Source: Bacillus subtilis subsp. subtilis str. 168 (GTDB taxonomy: Bacteria; Bacillota; Bacilli; Bacillales; Bacillaceae). From it: a DNA stretch of 64,000 bases. Shown here in pieces: positions 49,170 to 58,458 of this stretch (positions are counted from its first letter, which is position 1; each line of letters starts with the position of its first letter). The DNA lies in contig NC_000964.3 in NCBI RefSeq assembly GCF_000009045.1, forward strand, positions 248,001 to 312,000. Reading direction: 5' to 3'. The translations under genes and the position numbers were made by a program. The notes below the pieces were generated by a model. It did no database searches. It was not told the DNA's origin and saw nothing but the letters and a program-made list of their open reading frames with translations.

Positions 49170-50330
49170 ATGCTGAGCCATATTTATAAAAAAGAAATGA
49201 TCGACGCTTTACGCGACAGAAAAACGATATTACTCACAATCTTAGTGCCGATGATTATGATGCTTGGACTTGTCTTTTTTTATGAAAGCATGCTGTCCGA
49301 CAAAGGGGAGCAGTACACGCTGGCTGTCGGCCATTCGCTTCCGCCCGCACTGGAAAGCAAGCTTAATGAGATTGACGAAATCAGCGTAAAAACATTTGCA
49401 AAGCCTGAAGAGGCAGTTGATGAAGGAAAAGCAGATGCCTATCTGAACGTCCCGAAAGAGTTCGACTCATATGTCAACAGCATGACACCTTTTAAGGTTG
49501 ATGTTTACGGCAATTCAATCGATCAAGGGTCGTCAAATGCCATGCAGCTTGTGCAGTCTGCCTTAGATCAGTACAAAAATGAAATTGTGCAGCAACGTTT
49601 AACAAATAAGCATATTGATCAATCGGTGATCCAGCCGTTTACAATTCAGCAAAAGGAAGCGGATGAGGAGAAAGGGACTTCCGCTATTATGCTTTCCGCC
49701 ATTCTGCCCATGCTGATTCTGACTTCCATTGTTTCCGGCGCAATGCCGATCGCTCTTGATATCATGGCCGGTGAAAAGGACCGAAAGTCAATCGAGGCGC
49801 TGCTATTAACGCCAGTCAGCAGAAACAAAGTGCTGGTCGGCAAGTGGCTTGCGGTTTCCACTTTTGGCGTGGCTTCAGGTGTATTTGCTTTGGTGTTTTT
49901 GATTTTGTCCACCGTGTTATTTACCGAAAATTTAAAAACGGCCTTCCAGCTGGGAGATCATATGTGGAGTGTAATCGGCGCTTCAGCCTTAATCATTGTG
50001 CTCTCTGCATTGCTGATATCTGCGATGGAGCTTTTCATCAGCATCATGTCCAGCTCGGTAAAAGAAGCGCAAAGTTATATGTCTCTCGTCGTCTTTCTGC
50101 CTGTGTTCCCGATGTTTTTCATCTTCAGCAAGGCACCGAACCAATTTGACTTATCATACTTTCTCATCCCGTTTCTGAACCTGCATGCGTTATTTAAACA
50201 GCTTTTATTCGGGATGGTTGACCCGGCTACCATTTTGTCTACGTCAGGAACCATCGCCGTGCTCATCGCCATCTTCTTTTTACTAGCCAGAGCCTGCTTC
50301 CTGAAAGACAAATGGGTTCTTCCAAAATAA
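49170..50330 (+). CDS. natB: Na+ extrusion ABC permease
   Basis: KKEMIDALRDRKT, AGEKDRKSIEALLLTP. Confidence 0.93.
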   Translation: MLSHIYKKEMIDALRDRKTILLTILVPMIMMLGLVFFYESMLSDKGEQYTLAVGHSLPPALESKLNEIDEISVKTFAKPEEAVDEGKADAYLNVPKEFDSYVNSMTPFKVDVYGNSIDQGSSNAMQLVQSALDQYKNEIVQQRLTNKHIDQSVIQPFTIQQKEADEEKGTSAIMLSAILPMLILTSIVSGAMPIALDIMAGEKDRKSIEALLLTPVSRNKVLVGKWLAVSTFGVASGVFALVFLILSTVLFTENLKTAFQLGDHMWSVIGASALIIVLSALLISAMELFISIMSSSVKEAQSYMSLVVFLPVFPMFFIFSKAPNQFDLSYFLIPFLNLHALFKQLLFGMVDPATILSTSGTIAVLIAIFFLLARACFLKDKWVLPK

Positions 50331-50337
50331 ACTTGCG

Positions 50338-50364
50338 AAAGGAGAAATACACTTTCTCCTTTTT
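50338..50364 (+). terminator. Terminator after natB
   Basis: AAAGGAGAAA/TTTCTCCTTT stem plus Ts. Confidence 0.75.
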
Positions 50365-50465
50365 GTATATCCTGAAAAAAGAAGGAAAATAGAAAAAGGA
50401 TATCTAATACAAAAAGTGACCCTGCACTATTTTTCATCAAAATTGGTTTCAAAGGAGAAGGAACA

Positions 50466-51398
50466 ATGGATCAAACACGTACACTCGGCAAAACGAAGCT
50501 GAAGGTGAAGCGGATCGGATTCGGCGCGAATGCGGTCGGCGGGCATAATCTATTTCCAAATCTAAATGATGAAACAGGGAAGGATTTAGTGCGCACGGCA
50601 TTGGATGGCGGCGTCAATTTTATCGATACCGCCTTTATATATGGATTGGGGCGATCTGAAGAATTAATCGGCGAAGTCGTACAGGAACGCGGCGTGCGGA
50701 ATGAGCTCATCATCGCCACCAAAGGAGCTCATAAAGAAGTGGACGGCAGCATTGAATTAGACAATAGCCGGGAGTTTCTTCGCAGCGAGGTGGAGAAGAG
50801 CCTGAAGCGGCTGAAAACAGATTACATTGATTTGTATTATGTTCACTTTCCGGATGGAAAAACACCTCTCGCTGAAGTGGCGGGCACTTTGAAAGAGCTG
50901 AAGGATGAGGGGAAAATCAAAGCGATCGGCGCTTCGAACCTCGATTATCAGCAATTGCAGGATTTTAATGCTGACGGCTATTTGGAGGTCTTCCAGGCCG
51001 AATATTCTCTCATACAGCGTGATGCCGAGAAAGAGCTTCTTCCATACTGTGAAAAACAAGGCATCTCCTTTATTCCTTACTTTCCGCTTGCGTCCGGACT
51101 GCTGACAGGAAAATTCACGCAAGACACAGTCTTTGATGATTTCAGAAAGGATAAACCTCAATTTCAGGGTGAAACGTTTATCCACAATCTCAAAAAAGTA
51201 GATAAGCTGAAAGCAGTAGCGGAGGAAAAACAAGCGGATACGGCACATGTCGCCTTGGCGTGGCTGTTAACGAGACCGGCGATTGATGCCATTATTCCAG
51301 GAGCTAAACGACCGGAGCAATTACAGGATAACCTGAAAACCTTGAACATTGAACTGACCGAAGATGAAGTGAATTTCATCAGCGACATTTTCAAATAA
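50466..51398 (+). CDS. yccK: Aldo-keto reductase (IolS-like)
   Basis: [42 protein letters not shown]. Confidence 0.92.
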
Positions 51399-51431
51399 AA
51401 AAGGAAATAGCCGTCATGGCTATTTCCTTTT
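51399..51431. terminator. Bidirectional terminator yccK/ycdA
   Basis: AAAAGGAAATAGCC/GGCTATTTCCTTTT stem. Confidence 0.88.
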
Positions 51432-51437
51432 GGTGTT

Positions 51438-52502
51438 TTATTCTTTGATGAATGCTTCGACTAATTCTGCTGCTCTGTAATCATCCATATCAAGCTGCCA
51501 TTGGTCGATGTCATTTTTCTTCATTTTCACTTCAACTGTTTTTTCAGATGAAGCAGGTCCAAGCTTTTTGAATTCCTCAGGATAGACTTGAAGCGCGTAT
51601 TTCACTGCCTCTTCATAGCTGGCACTAGAGTTTTTACTGTAGTAGTCTTTCACTTTGTCTTCGATGCGGTCTGAAAGAGAAGATGCATCTACAGGTTTAA
51701 CTGTGGCTTCAACAATTGCTTCGTCTTTAGAGATTGAAGTCGTTTTTGCTTGAATGGAAGAGTTTTTGCTTAATCCCTCTTTAATGCCGTTCACGATATT
51801 ATCAAGCGCTTTGCTGTCCGCATATGTGCTGGAAAGGCCGGAAGCTGAGAGATAACCGTCTTTGGCTGATTCATTAAAATCATTTACAATTTCATTTTTG
51901 TTAGCGCCGGTGATTTTTTCGAAATCGGCGTTATCTTTGCCGAAAAGAAGGACATCAACATAAGCTGATAACGCTTTTGCAGAATCTTGGAGCTTATCTG
52001 CCGTCGCCAGGATTTTTTTGTCTTTTCCGTCAATTTTAAAAGTAACTGATTTTGGCTTTTTATCACCGTAAGATTCCGGCGTATAGTTAAGCTCGTATTG
52101 CTTGCCTTTATCTACAACGAAGAAAAGATTTCCTTCAACGGATTTGTCAGCGTTAATCGTGCTGCCCTGAAGCTTTTCGCTATAGTCTTCAGGGTCTGTG
52201 TCAGACATTTTGGTATCACCTTGATACAATGTGAAATCCATACTGTCTACATTCAGCGGGTCTTTTCCTGTGTTTTTCACCGCGACATTGACTTTTAACA
52301 CAAGCTGGTCATCTGAAGTGGACTTATCATATTTAGACGGAAGTGTGTAAGAGACATCCTTGATTTTGACTTGAGCTATATCTGAGCTTTTTTCTGTTTC
52401 TGATTCTTTCTTCTCCGCGCTTGTTTTGCTGCCGGAACAAGCAGCTGTAAACATCATCAGCAGAAGAATTAGGAAAACAGCGTACGTTTTTTTCTGAAAC
52501 AT
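51438..52502 (-). CDS. ycdA: Lipoprotein (DUF4352-like plus DUF5105-like)
   Basis: Lipobox FTAAC; VNVAVKNTGKDP...F.L motif. Confidence 0.88.
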   Translation of the reverse strand: MFQKKTYAVFLILLLMMFTAACSGSKTSAEKKESETEKSSDIAQVKIKDVSYTLPSKYDKSTSDDQLVLKVNVAVKNTGKDPLNVDSMDFTLYQGDTKMSDTDPEDYSEKLQGSTINADKSVEGNLFFVVDKGKQYELNYTPESYGDKKPKSVTFKIDGKDKKILATADKLQDSAKALSAYVDVLLFGKDNADFEKITGANKNEIVNDFNESAKDGYLSASGLSSTYADSKALDNIVNGIKEGLSKNSSIQAKTTSISKDEAIVEATVKPVDASSLSDRIEDKVKDYYSKNSSASYEEAVKYALQVYPEEFKKLGPASSEKTVEVKMKKNDIDQWQLDMDDYRAAELVEAFIKE

Positions 52503-52829
52503 TCATTTTTCCTCCTCAAATGGTTTAGGAAAGGGGAGTCTTTTGTCTTTGAGAAATGGATCTTTTTGAATGGATTAGCATCATATAACCAAAAAAATCA
52601 GTTCTTTTCTCACGGTTTTCACCGGATTTTCTGGAAACTCCGCCCTCCTTTGTCATGAATGGACCTATAAAAAGTTACAACGGAATTAATTTTAAGATTA
52701 TTAGCTTTTATATTGAATAGGTTCATCATCCTATTTTTGGTGAAAAATGTTCTGGTAAAACTGGTAAACTCAGAAAACTGTGTATTTTAGACTATTACTT
52801 TTTGATTAGTTGGAGGGAACTTAAGAAGG

Positions 52830-54248
52830 ATGAAAGGGGCCGCCTTTGTGAAGAAAGAGGGACTGAAACAAAAAGCACTGGAAATCGGCCGGGTGCCGAC
52901 ACACTTAAAACTGGAAATTGAAGATTATGGCGGTGATGATAAAAGAGCTCATTTTTGTTGGGCAGATCCTCAGGATGAGAATACCGGCATTATCGTGGAG
53001 CTTGGACCGGACGGAGAGCTGGAATCCCTTTCCCGTGATATTGAGCCTGAAAGCGGAGAAAGGCTGTCTGAGGAGAAACTAGAGGATATCATGCGCCAAT
53101 TTGTCGAGACTCATCATCCGGGGGCACTCTCTGCCTTTGTTCGTGAAGAAAATGACCGTGCATACGGCGATAAAGTGAGATTTTCATATGTTCAAATGGA
53201 GGCTGGGCTTCCTCTCCCCATGAGCGGATTTATGGCTGATGTTTCCTTATCAGGTGAGATTGTTTACTTCCGTTATTACGGCGAAGCGGGCAGCATCATC
53301 AAGCCAAAGCGGGTCGCGGATGTTGAAGAGGCACTTGCCTTTATCAAGAAGGACGTGGAGTTCGACCTTTTGTTTGAGGTTCTCCATCGTTCTGTTTACA
53401 AAAACGGAGATGATCAGCCGCATTTGGTGTACGAGCCTGAAGGTAGGGCGATTACCGTACCTGCGGATTTGGTTCAAGAAGAACAAGCAGTTGATGATGA
53501 CGATGATTACAGGGAGCCGGAGAGCTTTCCTCTCCCTTTATTCGAGGGCATCCGCGAAAAGGCCGATCCTGACAGCATGATTGGTATTGAAAATGGGTTT
53601 GTCAAAGAGCGGGAAGCGGATTTGGGAGATGGGAGAATTGGAATCGTTTGGCGGAATCCGGATGACCCTGTGTATCAGCCGGCGGATAAAAGCATGGACA
53701 GCTGGTTTAAGGGACGGACTCATCAAGTGCTGAAAACCATCTATAACAAAGAAACCGGAAAACTCGAAGGCGTCATGTCATTTATGGAGAAAAAAGGGCC
53801 GCTGACAGTAACCTTGGCAGAGTGTGAAAAAATCGCGCTTCGCTTTCTATTTGCTTTATTTCCGAATGCCGATCAATATTTTAGGATCAGATACGACGAA
53901 AAAGATGAAGAAGAAAACGCAGTCGCTGGTTTTACGTTTGAAGCGCATTGTCACGGAGTTCCGCTCCGATTTGGGCAGATCAGAATTTGTGTCAGCCGCC
54001 AGACAGGGTATATCACCGTTTATATGGGACCGGATATTGACCCAAATAAGCTGGCAACCATTGATCCTGTGCCGGCTATTTCAGTTGAACAAGCCAAGTC
54101 TATCTTTTGGCAGCATTTTAAAGTTGAGCTTGGCTGGGAAAGAGAGTACGGGGATGATGAAGAACACAGCTACCGGCTCGTCTATAAGCCGGTGTATCCG
54201 CATTTTATCGATGCACATACAGGGGAGCCTGTCTTCAGCATATGGTGA
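52830..54248 (+). CDS. ycdB: YcdB/YcdC repeat-domain protein (alternative start GTG 52848)
   Basis: Long ORF, paralog of the next gene, internal duplication. Confidence 0.85.
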   Translation: MKGAAFVKKEGLKQKALEIGRVPTHLKLEIEDYGGDDKRAHFCWADPQDENTGIIVELGPDGELESLSRDIEPESGERLSEEKLEDIMRQFVETHHPGALSAFVREENDRAYGDKVRFSYVQMEAGLPLPMSGFMADVSLSGEIVYFRYYGEAGSIIKPKRVADVEEALAFIKKDVEFDLLFEVLHRSVYKNGDDQPHLVYEPEGRAITVPADLVQEEQAVDDDDDYREPESFPLPLFEGIREKADPDSMIGIENGFVKEREADLGDGRIGIVWRNPDDPVYQPADKSMDSWFKGRTHQVLKTIYNKETGKLEGVMSFMEKKGPLTVTLAECEKIALRFLFALFPNADQYFRIRYDEKDEEENAVAGFTFEAHCHGVPLRFGQIRICVSRQTGYITVYMGPDIDPNKLATIDPVPAISVEQAKSIFWQHFKVELGWEREYGDDEEHSYRLVYKPVYPHFIDAHTGEPVFSIW

Positions 54249-54340
54249 AACAGCCAAAAGTCACGCAATTGCCTCAGATATAGAAGAGAGTATGTGATGA
54301 AAGTAACAGAAAGAATCTCAAAAAACAATGACAATAATAG

Positions 54341-54381
54341 AAAAGGACCTTTCTTCACTTTAAATGAAGAAAGGTCTTTTT
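54341..54381 (+). terminator. Hairpin/terminator between ycdB and ycdC
   Basis: AAAAGGACCTTTCTTCA/TGAAGAAAGGTCTTTTT stem. Confidence 0.7.
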
Positions 54382-54434
54382 ATATAATAAACAGGATTCT
54401 CTTTGTCGTAGACTCTTTGAAAGGGATGACTTCA

Positions 54435-55796
54435 TTGGTTAATAAACAGCTGAAAAAGAAGGCGCAGGAGATCGGAAATGTACCGACGCATTATGAGCTT
54501 GAGATAGAAGATTACGACCAAAAGCAAAAGAAGTACGGGCAGGCATATTTTATCTGGAAGGACCCTAAAGATCCGGAAAAGCACATTACAGTTGAACTTA
54601 GAAATGACGGCGCCTTGCTCACCTTTTCAACAACTGTCCACTCCGAGACAGACAAAAAACTTCCAGATGCCGAGCTGAAGCTGACGGCTCTTCAGTTTGC
54701 CGCTGCCAATCATCCCGGCACATTTATGAATTTTCATTTTCAAGGCAAGGAAGAAAGGGGGCAGCACATCCGGTTTGTCTATACCAAAATGGAGCTGGGG
54801 CTTCCGATTCCCAATTCAGGCTTTTTAATTGATATGACACGAAGCGGTCAGATTGTCCACTTTCTATATTACGGGGAAGGGCATAAAGCCGAAGTTCCGA
54901 CGGAATTTGTAGCAAAAGAGAAGGTTGTATCCCATTACTTAAACACAATGTCTTTTGAGCTGATGTACGATGTCATTGATGGCGAACAGGAACCAAGGCT
55001 TGTATATGAACCGATTCTACCGGGATACAGCTATCCCGCAGATGTAGACGAAATTGTGCCCGACCAGCATATCGCAGATGAAAGAATAGAAAACACGGCG
55101 CCACTGCCGCCGCTTCAGAACAAGGAAGAAGTTGATATATTTGCCTTGCTGGGTTTTACCTCTGATATGCAGAAAGTCAGTGAAAGAGACTTTGGAGAAC
55201 AAATTGGAAGCACGTGGCGCAGGGGCGCTGCGCCGGAGCGTAAGGATTTAAGCATAGGAAGCTATTTTGAAACGAGAAATAAAAATACAATCAAAATGAA
55301 GACGGATAAAAGAACCGGAAAATTAAAAGCAGCGCTTTCTTTTATGGACTGGCGGAACAACCTCCAATGCTCCACGGAAGAATGCCAAGAGATAGCGCTT
55401 CAATTTTTGTATGCCCTCTATCCGAGAGCGGCTGAGTTTTTCAGGGTGAATCCCGTCCGAATTGATGAAAGAGGGAGAGTCCGCAACCATTTTTCTGTCT
55501 GGTATAAAGGAGTGCCGCTGCGGTTCGGCGCTGCCCGCATCATTGTCAATCCGGAAACTGGGTTGATTGACGCTTTTATGGCGCCTGATATTGAACCTGA
55601 ACAATTGGAAGCGATAAATCACAGGCCGGATGTTTCCGCTGAAGAAGCGAAAGAAGCATTTTTAGCCGCTTTTGATGTGAAACTGGAATGGCAGCCTGAT
55701 TTTACAGCAGGCAGTGACCAGCACTGCAAACTTGTCTATAAGCCGGTTTACCCTTCCTATATTGATGCGCACATAAGGAAAAAGAAAAGGCTGTGA
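54435..55796 (+). CDS. ycdC: YcdB/YcdC repeat-domain protein
   Basis: TTG start after AAAGGGA; LKKKAQEIGNVPTHYELEIEDY matches the YcdB N-terminus. Confidence 0.85.
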   Translation: MVNKQLKKKAQEIGNVPTHYELEIEDYDQKQKKYGQAYFIWKDPKDPEKHITVELRNDGALLTFSTTVHSETDKKLPDAELKLTALQFAAANHPGTFMNFHFQGKEERGQHIRFVYTKMELGLPIPNSGFLIDMTRSGQIVHFLYYGEGHKAEVPTEFVAKEKVVSHYLNTMSFELMYDVIDGEQEPRLVYEPILPGYSYPADVDEIVPDQHIADERIENTAPLPPLQNKEEVDIFALLGFTSDMQKVSERDFGEQIGSTWRRGAAPERKDLSIGSYFETRNKNTIKMKTDKRTGKLKAALSFMDWRNNLQCSTEECQEIALQFLYALYPRAAEFFRVNPVRIDERGRVRNHFSVWYKGVPLRFGAARIIVNPETGLIDAFMAPDIEPEQLEAINHRPDVSAEEAKEAFLAAFDVKLEWQPDFTAGSDQHCKLVYKPVYPSYIDAHIRKKKRL

Positions 55797-55803
55797 GGGG
55801 TGT

Positions 55804-56307
55804 CTAGTTAGGAATCATCTCCAAGTGGGGGTAGTCCTTGAATCGTTTCCAATCCCCGCCCCATTCGAAACCGAGTGTCTTAGCGATCTCGACAACCTCC
55901 AGCCAATCTGATTTTCCGTTTTGATTGCCGTCATATTCCATATCCCATATGATGCTGCCATCCTTTTTTTGAAGGGCGAAATCAATCGCTAAACCATAGT
56001 TATGATACGATTCCCCTCCTCTTGCATAGGTGACAATATTCCCTTTTTTTGTACGTCCCTGTTTATATAATTCATCTTGTTCCTTAAAGGACCTGAATCC
56101 TTCAGTAATGACGACGTCAATGCCTTTATTCGCTGCAGCGGCTTTGAGTGCATCGGCATTCTGCTTCACAATCGGATGAAGATCCGAGGGGACAGGCATG
56201 TCCTGCAAGGCGTTTTGAGAATGCCATTCATGCCGAATATAACTAAAACAAAGATCTAGAAGAAATAGAATACATAAGATAACAAATGTTTTTGCGGGTA
56301 AGTTCAT
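55804..56307 (-). CDS. cwlK: Peptidoglycan L-Ala-D-Glu endopeptidase (M15)
   Basis: EGFRSFKEQ, SYHNYGLAID, WGGDW, DYPHLE. Confidence 0.93.
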   Translation of the reverse strand: MNLPAKTFVILCILFLLDLCFSYIRHEWHSQNALQDMPVPSDLHPIVKQNADALKAAAANKGIDVVITEGFRSFKEQDELYKQGRTKKGNIVTYARGGESYHNYGLAIDFALQKKDGSIIWDMEYDGNQNGKSDWLEVVEIAKTLGFEWGGDWKRFKDYPHLEMIPN

Positions 56308-56429
56308 ATCGGTCTCACTTTCTCAAGATGTGCTGAATGTTAACGCTTTTAAGTGATTGACTCTCTCTAAAAGCGAACAGCTATGATAAAATATAACATA
56401 AATAGTAGCAGGAGGAAGGAGGCAGACCG

Positions 56430-57551
56430 ATGAGAGCAAAGATTCCATCAGAAGAAGTAGCAGTAAAGCTGAATGAATGGTACAAGCTCATTCGCGCATT
56501 TGAAGCAGATCAAGCAGAAGCGTTAAAGCAGGAGATTGAATATGATTTAGAAGATATGGAAGAGAATCAGGACTTGCTTTTATATTTTTCTTTGATGGAA
56601 TTCCGGCATCGAATCATGCTTGATAAGCTGATGCCGGTGAAAGACAGCGATACCAAGCCTCCGTTCTCTGATATGCTGAACGAAATTGAAAGCAATCAGC
56701 AAAAACTCACGGGCTTACTGGAATACTACTTTTATTATTTCAGAGGAATGTACGAATTCAAGCAGAAAAATTTCATATTAGCGATTGACCATTATAAACA
56801 TGCCGAGGAAAAGCTCGAGTATGTCGAGGATGAGATCGAAAAAGCTGAGTTTCTTTTTAAAGTCGCAGAAGTGTATTATCACATCAAACAAACGTATTTT
56901 TCCATGAATTATGCGAGCCAGGCGCTTGATATCTATACGAAATATGAACTGTACGGTCGCCGCCGGGTTCAGTGTGAATTTATCATCGCCGGAAATTTGA
57001 CCGATGTGTATCATCATGAAAAAGCACTGACCCACTTGTGCAGCGCTTTAGAACATGCCAGGCAGCTTGAAGAAGCGTACATGATCGCTGCTGCCTATTA
57101 TAATGTCGGACACTGTAAGTACAGTCTGGGTGATTACAAAGAAGCGGAGGGCTATTTCAAAACAGCCGCCGCCATTTTTGAGGAGCACAACTTTCAGCAA
57201 GCTGTTCAAGCTGTATTTTCACTGACCCATATCTACTGTAAAGAGGGAAAATACGACAAGGCAGTAGAGGCTTATGACCGCGGGATAAAGAGCGCGGCTG
57301 AATGGGAGGATGACATGTACTTGACGAAATTCCGCCTCATTCATGAGCTGTATCTTGGAAGCGGCGACCTGAACGTGCTTACAGAATGCTTTGACCTGCT
57401 GGAATCCAGGCAGCTTCTTGCTGACGCCGAAGATCTGCTGCATGATACAGCGGAACGTTTCAATCAGTTGGAACATTACGAGTCCGCCGCTTTCTTTTAC
57501 CGCAGGCTGATGAATATTAAAAAGAAGCTTGCCGAGCAGCGTTTTCAATAG
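56430..57551 (+). CDS. rapJ: Rap-family aspartate phosphatase (TPR)
   Basis: IPSEEVAVKLNEWY, MEENQDLLLYFSLMEFRH, YFYYFRGMYEF. Confidence 0.93.
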   Translation: MRAKIPSEEVAVKLNEWYKLIRAFEADQAEALKQEIEYDLEDMEENQDLLLYFSLMEFRHRIMLDKLMPVKDSDTKPPFSDMLNEIESNQQKLTGLLEYYFYYFRGMYEFKQKNFILAIDHYKHAEEKLEYVEDEIEKAEFLFKVAEVYYHIKQTYFSMNYASQALDIYTKYELYGRRRVQCEFIIAGNLTDVYHHEKALTHLCSALEHARQLEEAYMIAAAYYNVGHCKYSLGDYKEAEGYFKTAAAIFEEHNFQQAVQAVFSLTHIYCKEGKYDKAVEAYDRGIKSAAEWEDDMYLTKFRLIHELYLGSGDLNVLTECFDLLESRQLLADAEDLLHDTAERFNQLEHYESAAFFYRRLMNIKKKLAEQRFQ

Positions 57552-57557
57552 GAAATG

Positions 57558-57587
57558 GCAGAGAACTACAGGTTCTCTGCTTTTTTT
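57558..57587 (+). terminator. Terminator after rapJ
   Basis: GCAGAGAAC/GTTCTCTGC stem plus T7. Confidence 0.85.
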
Positions 57588-57592
57588 GTGCT

Positions 57593-57618
57593 GTTTTCAA
57601 CTCGGAAAAACAGGGTAT
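57593..57618 (+). promoter_or_regulatory. SigB promoter of ycdF-ycdG
   Basis: GTTTTC-N14-GGGTAT. Confidence 0.75.
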
Positions 57619-57657
57619 TTTCCACTGCATAGTGAGAAACAGAGGAGGATATCAAGT

Positions 57658-58434
57658 ATGTACAAAGATTTAACCGGAAAAACAGCGATTGTGACAGGGT
57701 CTTCAAAAGGAATCGGGAAAGCCATTGCGGAACGGTTCGGAAAGGAGAAAATGAATGTTGTTGTAAATTACCACAGCGACCCGTCTGGAGCAGATGAAAC
57801 TCTGGAAATCATTAAGCAGAACGGAGGGAAAGCCGTCTCAGTTGAGGCGGACGTGTCAAAAGAAGAGGGGATTCAGGCGCTCTTGGACACAGCTTTAGAG
57901 CATTTCGGCACGCTCGATGTGATGGTAAACAACTCCGGTTTTAACGGCGTTGAGGCGATGCCGCATGAGATGAGTCTTGAAGATTGGCAGAGAGTGATTG
58001 ATGTCAATGTTACCGGAACCTTTCTGGGAGCGAAAGCAGCACTTAACCACATGATGAAAAACAATATCAAGGGCAATGTGCTGAATATCTCAAGTGTTCA
58101 TCAGCAGATTCCGCGCCCTGTAAACGTTCAGTATTCCACATCCAAAGGCGGCATCAAGATGATGACGGAAACGCTGGCGCTCAATTATGCGGATAAGGGA
58201 ATCCGCGTCAATGCGATAGCGCCCGGCACCATTGCCACAGAATCAAATGTTGATACGAAAAAGGAAGAGAGCAGGCAAAAACAATTGAAAAAAATCCCGA
58301 TGAAAGCCTTCGGAAAGCCTGAAGAAGTGGCGGCAGCAGCAGCTTGGCTCGTATCTGAGGAAGCAAGCTATGTGACCGGCGCAACACTTTTCGTCGACGG
58401 CGGAATGACACTTTATCCATCTCAGCTTGAATAG
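57658..58434 (+). CDS. ycdF: Glucose 1-dehydrogenase-like SDR
   Basis: TGSSKGIG, NNSG, SSVH, YSTSKGG, NAIAPG. Confidence 0.92.
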   Translation: MYKDLTGKTAIVTGSSKGIGKAIAERFGKEKMNVVVNYHSDPSGADETLEIIKQNGGKAVSVEADVSKEEGIQALLDTALEHFGTLDVMVNNSGFNGVEAMPHEMSLEDWQRVIDVNVTGTFLGAKAALNHMMKNNIKGNVLNISSVHQQIPRPVNVQYSTSKGGIKMMTETLALNYADKGIRVNAIAPGTIATESNVDTKKEESRQKQLKKIPMKAFGKPEEVAAAAAWLVSEEASYVTGATLFVDGGMTLYPSQLE

Positions 58435-58458
58435 AAGACAAAACAGGGGGATTGCGGG

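Noticed and set aside
52752-52768. CTGGTAAA direct repeat in the ycdA-ycdB gap
   Set aside because: Short, with 9-bp phasing; cannot be assigned to a regulator from sequence alone
56430-57600. No phr gene after rapJ
   Set aside because: Orphan Rap status is established for RapJ; a terminator and SigB promoter fill the gap
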